Origin: an uncultured bacterium
GTDB lineage: Bacteria; Zixibacteria; MSB-5A5; GN15; FEB-12
Length of the DNA stretch: 64,000 nucleotides
Direction of reading: 5' to 3'
Assembly (NCBI GenBank): GCA_965372795.1
Contig: CBDVDR010000003.1
Coordinates: forward strand, 1 to 64,000
Of this stretch, positions 37,883-48,807 are shown piece by piece. Position numbers and translations under genes: made by a program. Under the pieces are notes generated by a model. The model was not told the DNA's origin. It worked only from the letters and a program-made list of their open reading frames with translations, and made no database searches. Position 1 is the stretch's first letter; every line of letters starts with the position of its first letter.

Positions 37883-40732
37883 ATGGAGGCTTGTATGAAT
37901 TTATTAAATGGGAGAAAATCTACCGTTTTATTCATTACTGCAATTTTATTAAGCTGCTTGTTCACTTCAGTTAGTTTCGCCGCTGAAACTTTGCATGGTG
38001 TTATTTTAGACACCAGTAATGACAAACCGTTGATAGGGGCTACTATCCGGATGGGTAAAACCGATGGAAGTACTGCTGCAATGGAGGCTATGACTGACAG
38101 TGAAGGAAAATATGAAATTAGTGATTTGTCTTCTGGAACTTATGATTTAATCATTACTTTTATTGGTTTCAAAAGTGAAGTACTCAAAAAAATTGTTATT
38201 GTAGATGGTGCCAACAATGAAATTAATATCTCCTTGATTCCTTCTGCAATCAATTTGGATGCTGTCTCGGTAACAGCATCACGCCGTAAAGAAAAACTTC
38301 TCGATGCCCCGGCATCTGTATCAGTTGTTACTAGCGACCAAATCCGGGAGCAGGCTGCTTTAACTCCTACCGATCATATCAAAGGATTACCGGCAGTTGA
38401 TATTGCCAAAACCGGATTAAATCAATCAAATGTCGTTGTCAGAGGTTTTAACAATATTTTCTCTGGCGCTATGTTGGTGATGACCGACAATCGTATTGCT
38501 CGGGTACCATCACTTAGATTTAATGCTTATAATTTTATTGCTACTACTAATGAAGATATTGAACGCATCGAAGTTGTCTCTGGACCGGGCTCAGCCCTTT
38601 ATGGTCCTAACAGTGCCAACGGCGTGATGCATATTATGACGCGTTCACCATTCAATTCTCAGGGTACCACAGTTACTTTGGGTGGTGGTGAAAGATCAGT
38701 CGGTCTGGGATCATTCCGTCATGCCGGTGTTCTCAATGAAAAAGTCGGCTACAAAATTTCAGGTCAATATTATCAGGGAAGTGACTGGGAACATCACGAA
38801 TCGCAGGAACCGGATTCAATTAGATTATTCCGTCCGACCTTTGAAGGTCCTGATTACACCACTGGTATAATCTCAAATGCCCGTGATTTCGATATTGAAA
38901 AAATGGCTGGTGAAGGACGTCTTGATTTTAGCCTGAATGATAACAGCATGTTGATTTTTAATGCCGGTTTCAATCGTTCCAGCAGTATCGAACTAACCGG
39001 CTTAGGTGCCGGACAGGCTATCGACTGGATCTATTCATACGGTCAGGCAAGATATACTTACAAAGATCTTTTTGTTCAAGCCTTTGTGAATATGAGTGAT
39101 GCCGGTGATACTTATCTGTTAAACACCGGTCAGTTAATCGTTGATAAATCAAAACTCTGGGTTGGACAAATTCAACACAGTTATGAATTAAGTGAAAAAC
39201 AGAGATTCACCTATGGCTTTGATGCTATTTTTACTCGCCCTCAAACGGATGAAACTATCAACGGGCGTAATGAAAATGATGATGACATCAACGAATACGG
39301 CGGATATGTTCAATCAGAAACAGTTTTAAGTGAAAGATTCAAATTTACTACAGCTCTTCGTTTGGACGAGAACAGCCGTTTGGAAGATATGGTCGTCTCT
39401 CCTCGCGCAGCATTGTCATTTAAACCGAATAGTAAAAATAATTTCCGGGCAACTTACAACCGTGCCTACGATACACCGGATAACAACAACCTGTTTTTGG
39501 ACCTGCTCTCTGTCTCTGACTTAGGTGACATCGGAAAGTCTTTTGGTTTATCACAGGGTTTTGATATCCGCGTTCAGGGAGTTCCTGAAAGTGGTTTTCA
39601 TTGGGAAATGAACGGTGATGACCCGGCGACTTTCTATTCTCCGTTTGCTGTGATGGCTGGGATGACTCCCACAACTCCAATCAACTATAATGACCCGATG
39701 TTTACCAATGTCATGTGGGCTGCCGGAAGCGGGGCAGTATATAGTGGTCTTGCTGAACAGCTAACAGCATTAGGGAAAACTCCTGAAGAAGTGAATGCAA
39801 TGATTAATATTGTTGGATCAGTTGTACCTTCTACAGTATCTGAAGTAAACAATACTCTGATGGTTTTTGATCCGAACCTGGCGACATTTGTACCTTTCAA
39901 TTCAACCGACATTAAAGACATTGACAGAATCAAGCCGACTATTACCCAGACCTTTGAATTGGGTTACAAAGGTGTCGTCAATAATAATCTGGCTTTGACC
40001 CTTGATGTTTATTATACCAAAAAGAATGATTTCATCGGACCGTTGACTGTTGAATCACCGTCTGTGTTTTTAGATCCGGCTACCCTCGGCTTAGAAGTAG
40101 GAACTGATATAGCTACTGCCTATGCAACTGCAGATCCTATTATACAGGATGCACTTTTAACGTTAGATTCAATTAAATACGGTGGAAATGGAAATGGATC
40201 CCCAGTTGATGAATTAACAGTAATGTTTGTTGGTGGTGCGGCTTCAGTTCCATTTGGTACTGTAAGTCCCGAAGGTGCTTTTAACCCGGAAGCCATCTTA
40301 GTCACCTATCGCAACTTTGGCGATGTTGATTACTTTGGTGCCGATCTTGGCGCAAAATATCACATGAATCAAAATATTGATTTTGGTGGCACTTTCTCAA
40401 TCATCTCCAAAAATCATTTTGAAGAATTTGATATTGATATGAATGCCCCGCAATATAAAGGAAGTATGTTCATTAATTACCATCAGCCTAAATGGGGTCT
40501 GAACACAGGTCTCCGTTATCGCTGGGTTGATGCTTTTCCAATGACGGGACCATTTGCAGGTGAATATGTCAATGCTTATGGGATGATTGATTTAAATGTT
40601 AATTATGATTTCCTGGCAAATACCAGATTCTCGCTGACAGTACAGAATATTATGGATTATAAACATATCGAATTTGTTGGCGCACCGAAAATCGGACGTC
40701 TGGCAATTATGAGAGTGACCCAATCCTTCTAA
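37883..40732 (+). CDS. TonB-dependent receptor with N-terminal carboxypeptidase-regulatory-like domain
   Basis: VSVTASR, IERIEVVSGPGSALYG plug motif, terminal Phe. Confidence 0.92.
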   Translation: MEACMNLLNGRKSTVLFITAILLSCLFTSVSFAAETLHGVILDTSNDKPLIGATIRMGKTDGSTAAMEAMTDSEGKYEISDLSSGTYDLIITFIGFKSEVLKKIVIVDGANNEINISLIPSAINLDAVSVTASRRKEKLLDAPASVSVVTSDQIREQAALTPTDHIKGLPAVDIAKTGLNQSNVVVRGFNNIFSGAMLVMTDNRIARVPSLRFNAYNFIATTNEDIERIEVVSGPGSALYGPNSANGVMHIMTRSPFNSQGTTVTLGGGERSVGLGSFRHAGVLNEKVGYKISGQYYQGSDWEHHESQEPDSIRLFRPTFEGPDYTTGIISNARDFDIEKMAGEGRLDFSLNDNSMLIFNAGFNRSSSIELTGLGAGQAIDWIYSYGQARYTYKDLFVQAFVNMSDAGDTYLLNTGQLIVDKSKLWVGQIQHSYELSEKQRFTYGFDAIFTRPQTDETINGRNENDDDINEYGGYVQSETVLSERFKFTTALRLDENSRLEDMVVSPRAALSFKPNSKNNFRATYNRAYDTPDNNNLFLDLLSVSDLGDIGKSFGLSQGFDIRVQGVPESGFHWEMNGDDPATFYSPFAVMAGMTPTTPINYNDPMFTNVMWAAGSGAVYSGLAEQLTALGKTPEEVNAMINIVGSVVPSTVSEVNNTLMVFDPNLATFVPFNSTDIKDIDRIKPTITQTFELGYKGVVNNNLALTLDVYYTKKNDFIGPLTVESPSVFLDPATLGLEVGTDIATAYATADPIIQDALLTLDSIKYGGNGNGSPVDELTVMFVGGAASVPFGTVSPEGAFNPEAILVTYRNFGDVDYFGADLGAKYHMNQNIDFGGTFSIISKNHFEEFDIDMNAPQYKGSMFINYHQPKWGLNTGLRYRWVDAFPMTGPFAGEYVNAYGMIDLNVNYDFLANTRFSLTVQNIMDYKHIEFVGAPKIGRLAIMRVTQSF

Positions 40733-40757
40733 TATTTTTAAGTATCTGAATAAATTT

Positions 40758-40786
40758 CCGGCAGGTGAAGACCTGCCGGTTTTTTT
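40758..40786 (+). terminator. Intrinsic terminator
   Basis: ccggcaggt-gaag-acctgccgg followed by a T run. Confidence 0.85.
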
Positions 40787-41086
40787 ATATATTTAACTAA
40801 AATCCCATATTTTTTTGCAAATTTCACGAAAAAACTCGAAATAAATTTTTTATTCCATATCCCTATGCGTAACAATCCCTTGTGGGTGGTAAAAAGGCGA
40901 TCCTCATACTATTAATGACTTGCGAAATCTTCGGTTTTCGCTATATTACTAAGCTTTTCGGTCATAGAAAGGGCATATTATGCCCAAAAATGACTAAAAA
41001 CGAGTGGATAGTTATTACCTGAACTTTAGGTAATTGGATTATATTAGTACATTAACGAATGTTAACGTACAAAATGAAGAGTTAAA

Positions 41087-42409
41087 ATGTTTGATGCGTT
41101 GTCTGAAAAATTAGAGCTGACTTTTAAGAAGCTTCGTGGTGCCGGAAAATTATCCGAACGCAATATCAAGGATTCGATGCGTGAGGTCCGACAGGCACTT
41201 TTAGAGGCAGATGTAAATTATAAAGTTGCTCGTGATTTTGTGAAAGCGGTAGAGCTTAAGGCTGTCGGTACCGAGGTGATGAAGTCTATCGAACCGGGAC
41301 AACTGATTGTTAAAATTGTTCATGAAGAGCTTGTCAAACTATTAGGAACCAAAGCCGAGCCACTGGCTCCGGTTATAAAAACTCCTACGGTTTATATGAT
41401 TTGCGGTTTACAGGGTTCCGGTAAAACAACTTTGACTGGCAAGCTGGCGTTAATGTACAAACGCAAAAATAAAAAAACATTGATGGTAGCTGCCGATATA
41501 CATCGTCCGGCTGCCGTGAAACAGCTCAAAGTATTAGCCGACTCAATTGATGTCGAGCATTTTTTCGTTGAAGGAAAACAACCTAAGGAAATCTGCCGTG
41601 AAGCAGTTAAATATGCAGAAAAGAATTTTATTGATCTGGTGATTCTTGATACCGCCGGAAGGTTGCATGTTGATGATGAGTTGATGAAAGAACTTGAAGA
41701 TATTAAAGCTTTGACCAAACCGGATGAAATTCTTCTGGTGGCTGACAGTATGACCGGTCAGGACGCGGTTAATGTTGCCAAAGAGTTTCATGACCGTTTG
41801 GATATCTCCGGCGTAGTTTTATCAAAACTTGATGGTGACGCCCGTGGCGGCGCCGCTCTTTCGATAAGACACGTAACCGGTTGTCCAATCAAGTTAGCAT
41901 CTATAGGTGAAAAATTATCCGAGCTTGAAGTATTCCACCCCGACCGTTTAGCATCACGCATTTTAGGTATGGGTGATATTGTCTCTCTGGTGGAAAAAGC
42001 CTCCCAAACGATTGACTTGGAAAAAGCTCAACAGATGCAAGAAAAGCTGCTTAAATCTAAATTTGATTTTGAGGATTTTCTTGAACAGATGCAGCAGATT
42101 AGAAAAATGGGACCCCTCGATTCCCTGATGGGAATGATTCCGGGAGCAGGAAAAGCTATGAAAGGTATGAAAGTTGATGAAAAAGAAGTCAACCGGATGC
42201 TGGCGATAATTCAATCGATGACTACCGAAGAACGACGAAACCCGAAAGTTATAGATGGCTCAAGAAAAAAAAGAATTGCAGCCGGTTCGGGTAATTCGGT
42301 TCAAGCGGTAAACCAACTGTTAAAACAGTTTAGCGGAATGCAAAAAATGTTTAATAATATGAATAAAATGAAGTTCAAAGGTCTCCCTAAAGGGATGATG
42401 CCTTTTTAG
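41087..42409 (+). CDS. ffh: Signal recognition particle protein
   Basis: GLQGSGKTT, DTAGR, DGDARGGAALS, M domain. Confidence 0.97.
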   Translation: MFDALSEKLELTFKKLRGAGKLSERNIKDSMREVRQALLEADVNYKVARDFVKAVELKAVGTEVMKSIEPGQLIVKIVHEELVKLLGTKAEPLAPVIKTPTVYMICGLQGSGKTTLTGKLALMYKRKNKKTLMVAADIHRPAAVKQLKVLADSIDVEHFFVEGKQPKEICREAVKYAEKNFIDLVILDTAGRLHVDDELMKELEDIKALTKPDEILLVADSMTGQDAVNVAKEFHDRLDISGVVLSKLDGDARGGAALSIRHVTGCPIKLASIGEKLSELEVFHPDRLASRILGMGDIVSLVEKASQTIDLEKAQQMQEKLLKSKFDFEDFLEQMQQIRKMGPLDSLMGMIPGAGKAMKGMKVDEKEVNRMLAIIQSMTTEERRNPKVIDGSRKKRIAAGSGNSVQAVNQLLKQFSGMQKMFNNMNKMKFKGLPKGMMPF

Positions 42410-42434
42410 AACTTCAAAGAAGGAGGATTCTTTT

Positions 42435-42899
42435 TTGGCCGTACACATTAGACTTCGTCGGATGGGCGCAAAAAAACAGCCGTTCTATCGTATAGTGGCT
42501 GCTGACTCGCGCCGTGCCCGTGACGGACGTTTCCTTGAGATTCTAGGAACCTACAATCCAATTAAAACGCCCGCTGTAGTTCAGCTTGAAAGTGATAAAC
42601 TTACCAAATGGCTTAATGAAGGTGCAATTCCATCAGATACTGTTAACTCTCTGCTAACCCAAATTGGGTTTAATGAAATGTATCAAAAAGCCAAAAAGGG
42701 TGAGGATGTCTCAGGAATTGAACTTAAAACAACAATCAAGGAACGCCCTAAAAAAACTCGGAAAATGAAAAAAGCAGCAATTGTTGCTGAAGAAGCTAAA
42801 AAAGTAGAAGCTGAAGCAAAAGCCAAAGCCGCCGAAGAAGCCAAAGCTGCTGAAGCTAAAAAAGCTGAGGAAAAATCAGAAGATAAAACTAAAGAATAA
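42435..42899 (+). CDS. rpsP: 30S ribosomal protein S16 with extended C-terminus
   Basis: IRLRRMG.KKQPFYRIV.ADSR; TTG start with AGGAGG SD. Confidence 0.96.
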   Translation: MAVHIRLRRMGAKKQPFYRIVAADSRRARDGRFLEILGTYNPIKTPAVVQLESDKLTKWLNEGAIPSDTVNSLLTQIGFNEMYQKAKKGEDVSGIELKTTIKERPKKTRKMKKAAIVAEEAKKVEAEAKAKAAEEAKAAEAKKAEEKSEDKTKE

Positions 42900-42996
42900 G
42901 AATACTTGATTTTAAAATGACTTTTTCACTACAGGATTTGATTTATTAATTATGTGACGGAATCTCGATCACAAACTGAATTGAAAGGACTACGAA

Positions 42997-43230
42997 ATGA
43001 AAGACTTTATTGATTATATCTGCCGCGCCTTGGTTGACAATCCTGATGAAGTATCAGTTGTAGAAGTTGAAGGTTCGCGTACTGTTGTATACGAACTGCG
43101 GGTCGCCCAGGGTGACCTTGGTAAAGTTATCGGAAAAAGCGGTCAAACGGCTAAATCTATTAGAACTCTGTTAGCAGCCGTTTCTGCCCGTCAGGGTAAA
43201 AGAGCCGTATTGGAAATTTTAGAAGACTAA
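42997..43230 (+). CDS. khpA: KH-domain RNA-binding protein
   Basis: DLGKVIGKSG; canonical position between rpsP and rimM. Confidence 0.92.
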   Translation: MKDFIDYICRALVDNPDEVSVVEVEGSRTVVYELRVAQGDLGKVIGKSGQTAKSIRTLLAAVSARQGKRAVLEILED

Positions 43231-43241
43231 TAAATTTTATT

Positions 43242-43760
43242 GTGTCGTCTGGTGATGTTATAGCGGTTGGTAAACTCGGCCGTCCAAGAGGATTAAAAGG
43301 TGAAATTTTTGTCACATTGGGTACTGATTTCCCTGATAGATTCATTGGTATGAAAGAGATCCTGGTCAAGGGAAAAGATGGCTGGGAAAAATACTCAATT
43401 ACCGCATCAAGGATTATTGGCAAACGACCAGTCTTAAAATTTAAAGGTATAAATTCCCCCGAAGATGCTGCCCGGCTTACAAACAGAAAGCTGGGCGTCT
43501 TTCGGGATAATATGGTTGAGCTCGAAGAAGGTACTTTTTTTGTTTTTGATCTCATTGGCTGCGAAGTCCTTGATGAAAAAAGCAATCAGAGGATAGGTAA
43601 GGTTGTTGAGGTAGAACAGAATCCGGCCCATGATATTTATCATGTCAGGATTGATAATGGGGATAAAATTTTGGTTCCGGCGGTTAAACAATTTGTGCGA
43701 AATGTTGATCTTGAAAAAAAACACATAATTGTTGATCTAACCGGATTAGTTGACCAGTAA
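43242..43760 (+). CDS. rimM: Ribosome maturation factor RimM
   Basis: VGKLGRPRGLKGE, DLIGCEV, LVPAV. Confidence 0.93.
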   Translation: MSSGDVIAVGKLGRPRGLKGEIFVTLGTDFPDRFIGMKEILVKGKDGWEKYSITASRIIGKRPVLKFKGINSPEDAARLTNRKLGVFRDNMVELEEGTFFVFDLIGCEVLDEKSNQRIGKVVEVEQNPAHDIYHVRIDNGDKILVPAVKQFVRNVDLEKKHIIVDLTGLVDQ

Positions 43761-43781
43761 AATGATTGGTCGCTTGAAAAT

Positions 43782-44540
43782 ATGAAAATTGAACTAATAA
43801 CTCTTTTTCCGGAATACTTCAAAATGCCGTTAAGGCAGTCACTCCTGGGAAAAGCGTTAGATAAAAAGCTCTTTGAAATCGAAATAATTGATCTGCGGGA
43901 CTTTGCAACCGACAAGCATAAAACCGTCGACGACACTCCCTATGGCGGTGGTGGCGGAATGGTGATGAAGGTTGAACCGATTGACAGATGTTTGCAGCAC
44001 TTAGGTTATTCTCGACAAAATGAGAAAACCGAAAAGCTGAAAGAGCGGATAATATTAACATCCGCTGCAGGAAAATCATTTGTTCAAAAGACCGCTGTCG
44101 AGTATTCTCTGCTTGATAGAATTTGTATTATCTGCGGGCATTACTTGGGTATTGATGAACGCATTATGCAGCTGTATGATATTGATGAACTATCAATTGG
44201 GGATTACATACTTACCGGAGGAGAACCGGCGGCAATGGTTATGATTGAAGCGGTTGTAAGGTTGATTCCTAAAGTGTTGGGTAATTTTGAGTCGGCTCTG
44301 GATGATTCTTATATGAATCAGATTATCGGGACTCCCTGCTATACTCGACCTGCAGAATTTGATGGAATTAAGGTTCCGAAAGAATTACTTTCCGGGAGCC
44401 ATGTGAATATTAAAAAATTCCGGCGATCCGAAGCGATTAAAAAATGTTTAATTAATCGACCGGATTTATTACTTACTGCCGATTTGGATAAAACGGAGAA
44501 AGAATTGATTAAAAAAGCCGGTTGTAAATTTGAAGATTAA
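43782..44540 (+). CDS. trmD: tRNA (guanine37-N1)-methyltransferase
   Basis: VDDTPYGGGGGMVM, SIGDYILTGGE. Confidence 0.96.
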   Translation: MKIELITLFPEYFKMPLRQSLLGKALDKKLFEIEIIDLRDFATDKHKTVDDTPYGGGGGMVMKVEPIDRCLQHLGYSRQNEKTEKLKERIILTSAAGKSFVQKTAVEYSLLDRICIICGHYLGIDERIMQLYDIDELSIGDYILTGGEPAAMVMIEAVVRLIPKVLGNFESALDDSYMNQIIGTPCYTRPAEFDGIKVPKELLSGSHVNIKKFRRSEAIKKCLINRPDLLLTADLDKTEKELIKKAGCKFED

Positions 44541-44562
44541 GAATAATGAAAGGATATAAAAA

Positions 44563-44997
44563 ATGAAAAGAGTCGCACAAATCGAGAAGTCATACTTGAG
44601 AGATGACCTCCCGGCTTTTAAGTCTGGAGATACTCTCAAAGTGCATGTGAAAATTAAAGAAGGGGACAAAGAACGTATCCAGGTTTTCCAGGGCACCGTT
44701 ATTGGACGTCGTGGCGGCGGAACCGGTGAAACCTTTACGGTTCGCAAAGTTTCCTCAGGTATTGGCGTTGAAAGAGTATTCCCTTTTCACTCACCTAATA
44801 TTGACAAAATTGAACTCCTCCGTTCTGGTAAAGTCAGACGAAGCAAACTTTACTACCTGCGTAATTTGACCGGTAAATCAGCGCGTATTAAAGAACAAAT
44901 TGTTGACCATTCTGCTAAGAAAAAAGTTGCCAAAGCCTCCAAAGCTGAAACAGCTTCTGTTGAAACTAAAACTGCAACTGAAGAGAAATCTGAATAA
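44563..44997 (+). CDS. rplS: 50S ribosomal protein L19
   Basis: [23 protein letters not shown]. Confidence 0.97.
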   Translation: MKRVAQIEKSYLRDDLPAFKSGDTLKVHVKIKEGDKERIQVFQGTVIGRRGGGTGETFTVRKVSSGIGVERVFPFHSPNIDKIELLRSGKVRRSKLYYLRNLTGKSARIKEQIVDHSAKKKVAKASKAETASVETKTATEEKSE

Positions 44998-45018
44998 TTT
45001 TTATTATGCTATAAAGTA

Positions 45019-45048
45019 AAAAAACACCCTTTTTAGGGTGTTTTTTTT
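45019..45048 (+). terminator. Intrinsic terminator after rplS
   Basis: aaaaaacaccct...agggtgtttttttt. Confidence 0.85.
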
Positions 45049-45130
45049 AAAATTATGACAACAATTCTTTTCAGAAATCTAATTTCTTTCCGATAAAATA
45101 AGTAGATAACTAGCGTTAGAAGGATTTATT

Positions 45131-45517
45131 TTGAACGATCAAATGATACATATAAAACAATGTCCCAATTGTGGAAAAAAGTTTTCAATCAATGACTTTC
45201 TTTACAACAGTGAAATCAAACCAATCGGGATGAAAATTGACGATGATTTATCAATAAATTATTACTTCTTTACACATTCGACAAAAGAATGTGATACTAC
45301 TTTTGCAATAGATGTAACAATATTCAAACAACTAATAACTGAACCAATCCCAGAAAAGCAATTGGCAGAACGAAAAGAATGTGAAGATTATTGTTGTGAT
45401 TTGTATAGTTTGTTAAATTGTAATCAACAATGCAAATTTGAACCATATCGAAAATTATTGAAAAAGATGATTGAAAATCGAACTAAAATAAATAATCCTC
45501 AAGAATCCAAAGCCTGA
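45131..45517 (+). CDS. Cys-rich hypothetical protein, probable metal binding
   Basis: CPNC, H...CDTT, CEDYCC, CNQQC. Confidence 0.6.
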   Translation: MNDQMIHIKQCPNCGKKFSINDFLYNSEIKPIGMKIDDDLSINYYFFTHSTKECDTTFAIDVTIFKQLITEPIPEKQLAERKECEDYCCDLYSLLNCNQQCKFEPYRKLLKKMIENRTKINNPQESKA

Positions 45518-45518
45518 A

Positions 45519-46088
45519 TTACGAACTTAATATTGTAAAAGTTGTATTACCATATTTTCTTACCTGCAAAATTTCAAAACCGGAAAAATTGATTTTTTTT
45601 GTTTCTGATGTATCATGTTGGCACAAAATAATCCCCTCAGAAATTAACAGATTATTTTCTTTTAAAAGCAATAGGGTGCGATCTATCAACCCAACATATT
45701 GAGGCGGGGCAATCATGATAACGTCGTATTTTCTATCTCTGAGTTTAAGATTTGGAATCGCCTCAAATACATCATTGCAAAGACAGGATAAATTACCCGA
45801 AACGCCCATCTTTTTTGCCTGATTATTGATTGAATCGGCAAGCATCCTTTCCAATTCAACTCCGGTTGCTGAAGAAGCATTCCGCGAAACTGCCTCAAAT
45901 AGATAAGAACCGGTCCCGCTGAACAGATCAAGATACGCTGCTTCATCAATATACGGCATCAAAAAGTCAAATATCGACTTACGCAGCCGGCTCAAAGGCG
46001 GTCTGGTAATGCCAAGATCAGGGGCTGTTATGGATTTACCCTTCAAACTTCCGGCAATAATAGAGAATTTAAACTGTTTTTTTGTCAT
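45519..46088 (-). CDS. rsmD: RsmD-family 16S rRNA methyltransferase
   Basis: IIAGSLKG, TRP, LDLFSGTGS, RKYGNT; the DPPY motif is altered to APPQY. Confidence 0.75.
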   Translation of the reverse strand: MTKKQFKFSIIAGSLKGKSITAPDLGITRPPLSRLRKSIFDFLMPYIDEAAYLDLFSGTGSYLFEAVSRNASSATGVELERMLADSINNQAKKMGVSGNLSCLCNDVFEAIPNLKLRDRKYDVIMIAPPQYVGLIDRTLLLLKENNLLISEGIILCQHDTSETKKINFSGFEILQVRKYGNTTFTILSS

Positions 46089-46218
46089 ATTTCCCAATTT
46101 TACAATCAATTTCAATTATGATTATATCATATTTTTGCTAATAAAACCAGTTTAAGTAGTCGATAAATTAATAAAGGTTTTTACTTTTTTAAAATTGTTG
46201 ATACGGGTAAGTTAAACT

Positions 46219-46881
46219 ATGCCAAAAAAACAAAAATCAAATATCGTCACAATTGACTTCGATTTTAATCACATCGAAGAGATGCTTATCAAAAAAGACT
46301 ATCAATCTATATGCGGTGTTGACGAGGTCGGACGCGGACCTCTGGCCGGACCGGTTGTGGCTGCTGCTGTGATATTCCCCGATAACTTGATAATTGACGG
46401 GATTGATGATTCTAAAAAACTTTCACCTGCCAAACGCGAAACTCTCTTTGATGAGATCATAAATTCAGGTGCGATATGCTCGATTGGAATTATCGACAAT
46501 GAATGTATTGACAAAATAAATATTCTCAAAGCATCTCTGATGGCAATGCGAAAAGCGGTAATTGATCTAAAAAAAACGCCCGACTTTATTTTGGTCGATG
46601 GCAATTTCACCATCCCCAACATCGACTATCCCCAATTTTCGATTATCAAAGGTGATTCAAGGTGCCACTCAATTGGAGCCGCTTCAATAATTGCCAAAGT
46701 CACCCGCGACCGCATCATGGATAAATACGAAACCCTGTACCCGTCATTCTCGTTCTCAAAACATAAAGGCTATCCAACTGCTGATCATATCAAAGAATTA
46801 AAAGCTAACGGTCCTTTAGATATTCATCGAAAATCTTTTAAACCGGTTGCCGAAATTTATAATCAATATGCCATGCTCTAA
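46219..46881 (+). CDS. rnhB: Ribonuclease HII
   Basis: GVDEVGRGPLAGPV, DSKKL, AASIIAKVTRD, HKGYPT. Confidence 0.96.
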   Translation: MPKKQKSNIVTIDFDFNHIEEMLIKKDYQSICGVDEVGRGPLAGPVVAAAVIFPDNLIIDGIDDSKKLSPAKRETLFDEIINSGAICSIGIIDNECIDKINILKASLMAMRKAVIDLKKTPDFILVDGNFTIPNIDYPQFSIIKGDSRCHSIGAASIIAKVTRDRIMDKYETLYPSFSFSKHKGYPTADHIKELKANGPLDIHRKSFKPVAEIYNQYAML

Positions 46882-47248
46882 ACCTGATTCTGAAAAATCA
46901 AAACGAGTCCAAAAAGGCCGCATGTTTGAAAATGTGGCGGCTAATTATTTGGAAGCCGAAGGTTATGAAATCATCGCCAGAAATTACCAGGCCGGACATA
47001 AAGAGATCGACCTGATTATAAAAAAAGAAAATGAAATTATTTTTGTCGAAGTTAAATCAGCAGCCAATTTGAAATTCGGGCACCCCGCCGAAAGAGTCGA
47101 TGAAAAAAAGAAAAATAACCTGATCAAGGCTGCCCATTATTTTATCGAAGAACATAATATTATAGACTACGACCTGCGTTTTGATGTTATAACATTCTTA
47201 GATGGAAAAATCGAGCATTACCCTAATGCCTTTGAAGCTACTGAATAG
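46847..47248 (+). CDS. yraN: YraN family endonuclease-like protein
   Basis: EIDLI, FVEVK, RFDVI; follows rnhB. Confidence 0.9.
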   Translation: MPKFIINMPCSKPDSEKSKRVQKGRMFENVAANYLEAEGYEIIARNYQAGHKEIDLIIKKENEIIFVEVKSAANLKFGHPAERVDEKKKNNLIKAAHYFIEEHNIIDYDLRFDVITFLDGKIEHYPNAFEATE

Positions 47249-47633
47249 TATCAATTACTACCGTTGAATCAACCGTTAGGGTATCATTTATCTGCCTGAT
47301 CGAATCTGCAATTTTATAAAGCGAATCAACACATTTTTTCACCCGGGTTGTAAAAGGATAAAACTCCTCCGACTTTTTTTCATAATGATCAATATATTTT
47401 TTAATCTCATCCGCCTTAATATCCGAAATTTCAAGCAGTGAATCCCGATATTCGATGAACCGTTCAGGATCATTGCGATATTGGGCTGAAGCTATCCAAA
47501 TTTGAGCGGTAATTATGCTGAATTTTTCGGTATCCGATTGTAACTTTAGAGTTTTAGCGGTGTTGTAATAATTGTAAGAATAGGCAACTATTATAATAAC
47601 CACAAAAGGAGCCAGCCTTTTTACCCAGATCAA
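47238..47633 (-). CDS. Hypothetical membrane-anchored protein
   Basis: N-terminal TM helix followed by a helical domain. Confidence 0.55.
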   Translation of the reverse strand: MIWVKRLAPFVVIIIVAYSYNYYNTAKTLKLQSDTEKFSIITAQIWIASAQYRNDPERFIEYRDSLLEISDIKADEIKKYIDHYEKKSEEFYPFTTRVKKCVDSLYKIADSIRQINDTLTVDSTVVIDTIQ

Positions 47634-47715
47634 AAAAACCTCAACTTTCCGTTGCGTGTTGACGTAGAATTCAATAAACTATATGCCACCTAACATAGAA
47701 GGTCAAGATATTATT

Positions 47716-48807
47716 ATGGAAATAAATTTCCCGCTTAAAAGACGAAAAAGTAAAACCGTAAAAATCCGCGATCTCATTATTGGTGGCGGCTTTCCTATTG
47801 CAATCCAATCAATGACCACCTCCGACACCCGCGATACCGATGCCACCGTTAAACAAATCAATCAGCTTTTTGATGCTGGCTGTGAAATTGTCCGAATTTC
47901 GGTCTTAAACCATGATGCCAGCAGCCACCTCAAAGCAATCCGCGACCAGGTCGATAATCCTCTTGTAGCCGATATTCATTTCCAGTATAAACTTGCCCTC
48001 AAAGCCATCGAAGCCGGCTTTGACAAAATCCGTATCAATCCCGGCAATATCGGAGCAGAATGGAAAGTCCGCGAGGTCACCAAAGCGGCAAAGGACGCCG
48101 GTGTCCCAATCCGTATCGGGGTCAACTCCGGATCACTCCCTGAAGATGTTGAAAAAGAGTTTGGTCACAACGATCCGAGGGCGTTTGTCGAGGCGGCAAT
48201 GAGAGAGATTCAGATTCTTGAGGATATGAATTTTGAAGATATTATTATCTCGGTAAAATCAACCAGCACCTCAACCGCTTTCTGGGCGTATCACATGCTT
48301 GCCGAAAAATGTAACTACCCGCTCCATATCGGAATCACCGAAGCAGGCACTCTTGATACCGGAACCGTAAAATCATCGGTAGGAATCGGTGCGTTATTAA
48401 TGACTGGTATCGGCGACACCCTTCGGGTGTCATTGTCAGCAGACCCGATTCATGAAGTCCGCGTCGCAAAACAGATTCTAAAATCATGCGAGCTTAAAGA
48501 GGATGGCGTCGAGGTTATCGCTTGCCCGACCTGTGGAAGATGTCAGATCGACATGATCCCGCTTGCCGAATCTATCGAACGCAAAACCAAAAATATCAAA
48601 ACTCCGCTTAAGATTGCGGTGATGGGTTGTGCGGTGAACGGACCGGGCGAGGCGAAGGCTGCTGATGTTGGCATAGCCGGCGGTGATGGGCAGGGGATGC
48701 TTATCAAAAAGGGTCAAATTGTTGCGCGCTTTAAAGAGGATGAACTCGAGCAGAAATTACTCGAAGAGATCGAAGCCATGACCGGCGAAACCCCATTGGG
48801 TGAATAA
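47716..48807 (+). CDS. ispG: (E)-4-hydroxy-3-methylbut-2-enyl-diphosphate synthase
   Basis: QSMT, RINPGNIG, IRIGVNSGS, CPTCGR, MGCAVNGPGE. Confidence 0.97.
   Translation: MEINFPLKRRKSKTVKIRDLIIGGGFPIAIQSMTTSDTRDTDATVKQINQLFDAGCEIVRISVLNHDASSHLKAIRDQVDNPLVADIHFQYKLALKAIEAGFDKIRINPGNIGAEWKVREVTKAAKDAGVPIRIGVNSGSLPEDVEKEFGHNDPRAFVEAAMREIQILEDMNFEDIIISVKSTSTSTAFWAYHMLAEKCNYPLHIGITEAGTLDTGTVKSSVGIGALLMTGIGDTLRVSLSADPIHEVRVAKQILKSCELKEDGVEVIACPTCGRCQIDMIPLAESIERKTKNIKTPLKIAVMGCAVNGPGEAKAADVGIAGGDGQGMLIKKGQIVARFKEDELEQKLLEEIEAMTGETPLGE

Noticed and set aside
40790..41086. SRP RNA or other ncRNA upstream of ffh
   Set aside because: No SRP domain IV (CAGG...GGAA...GCAG) motif or long stable hairpin seen
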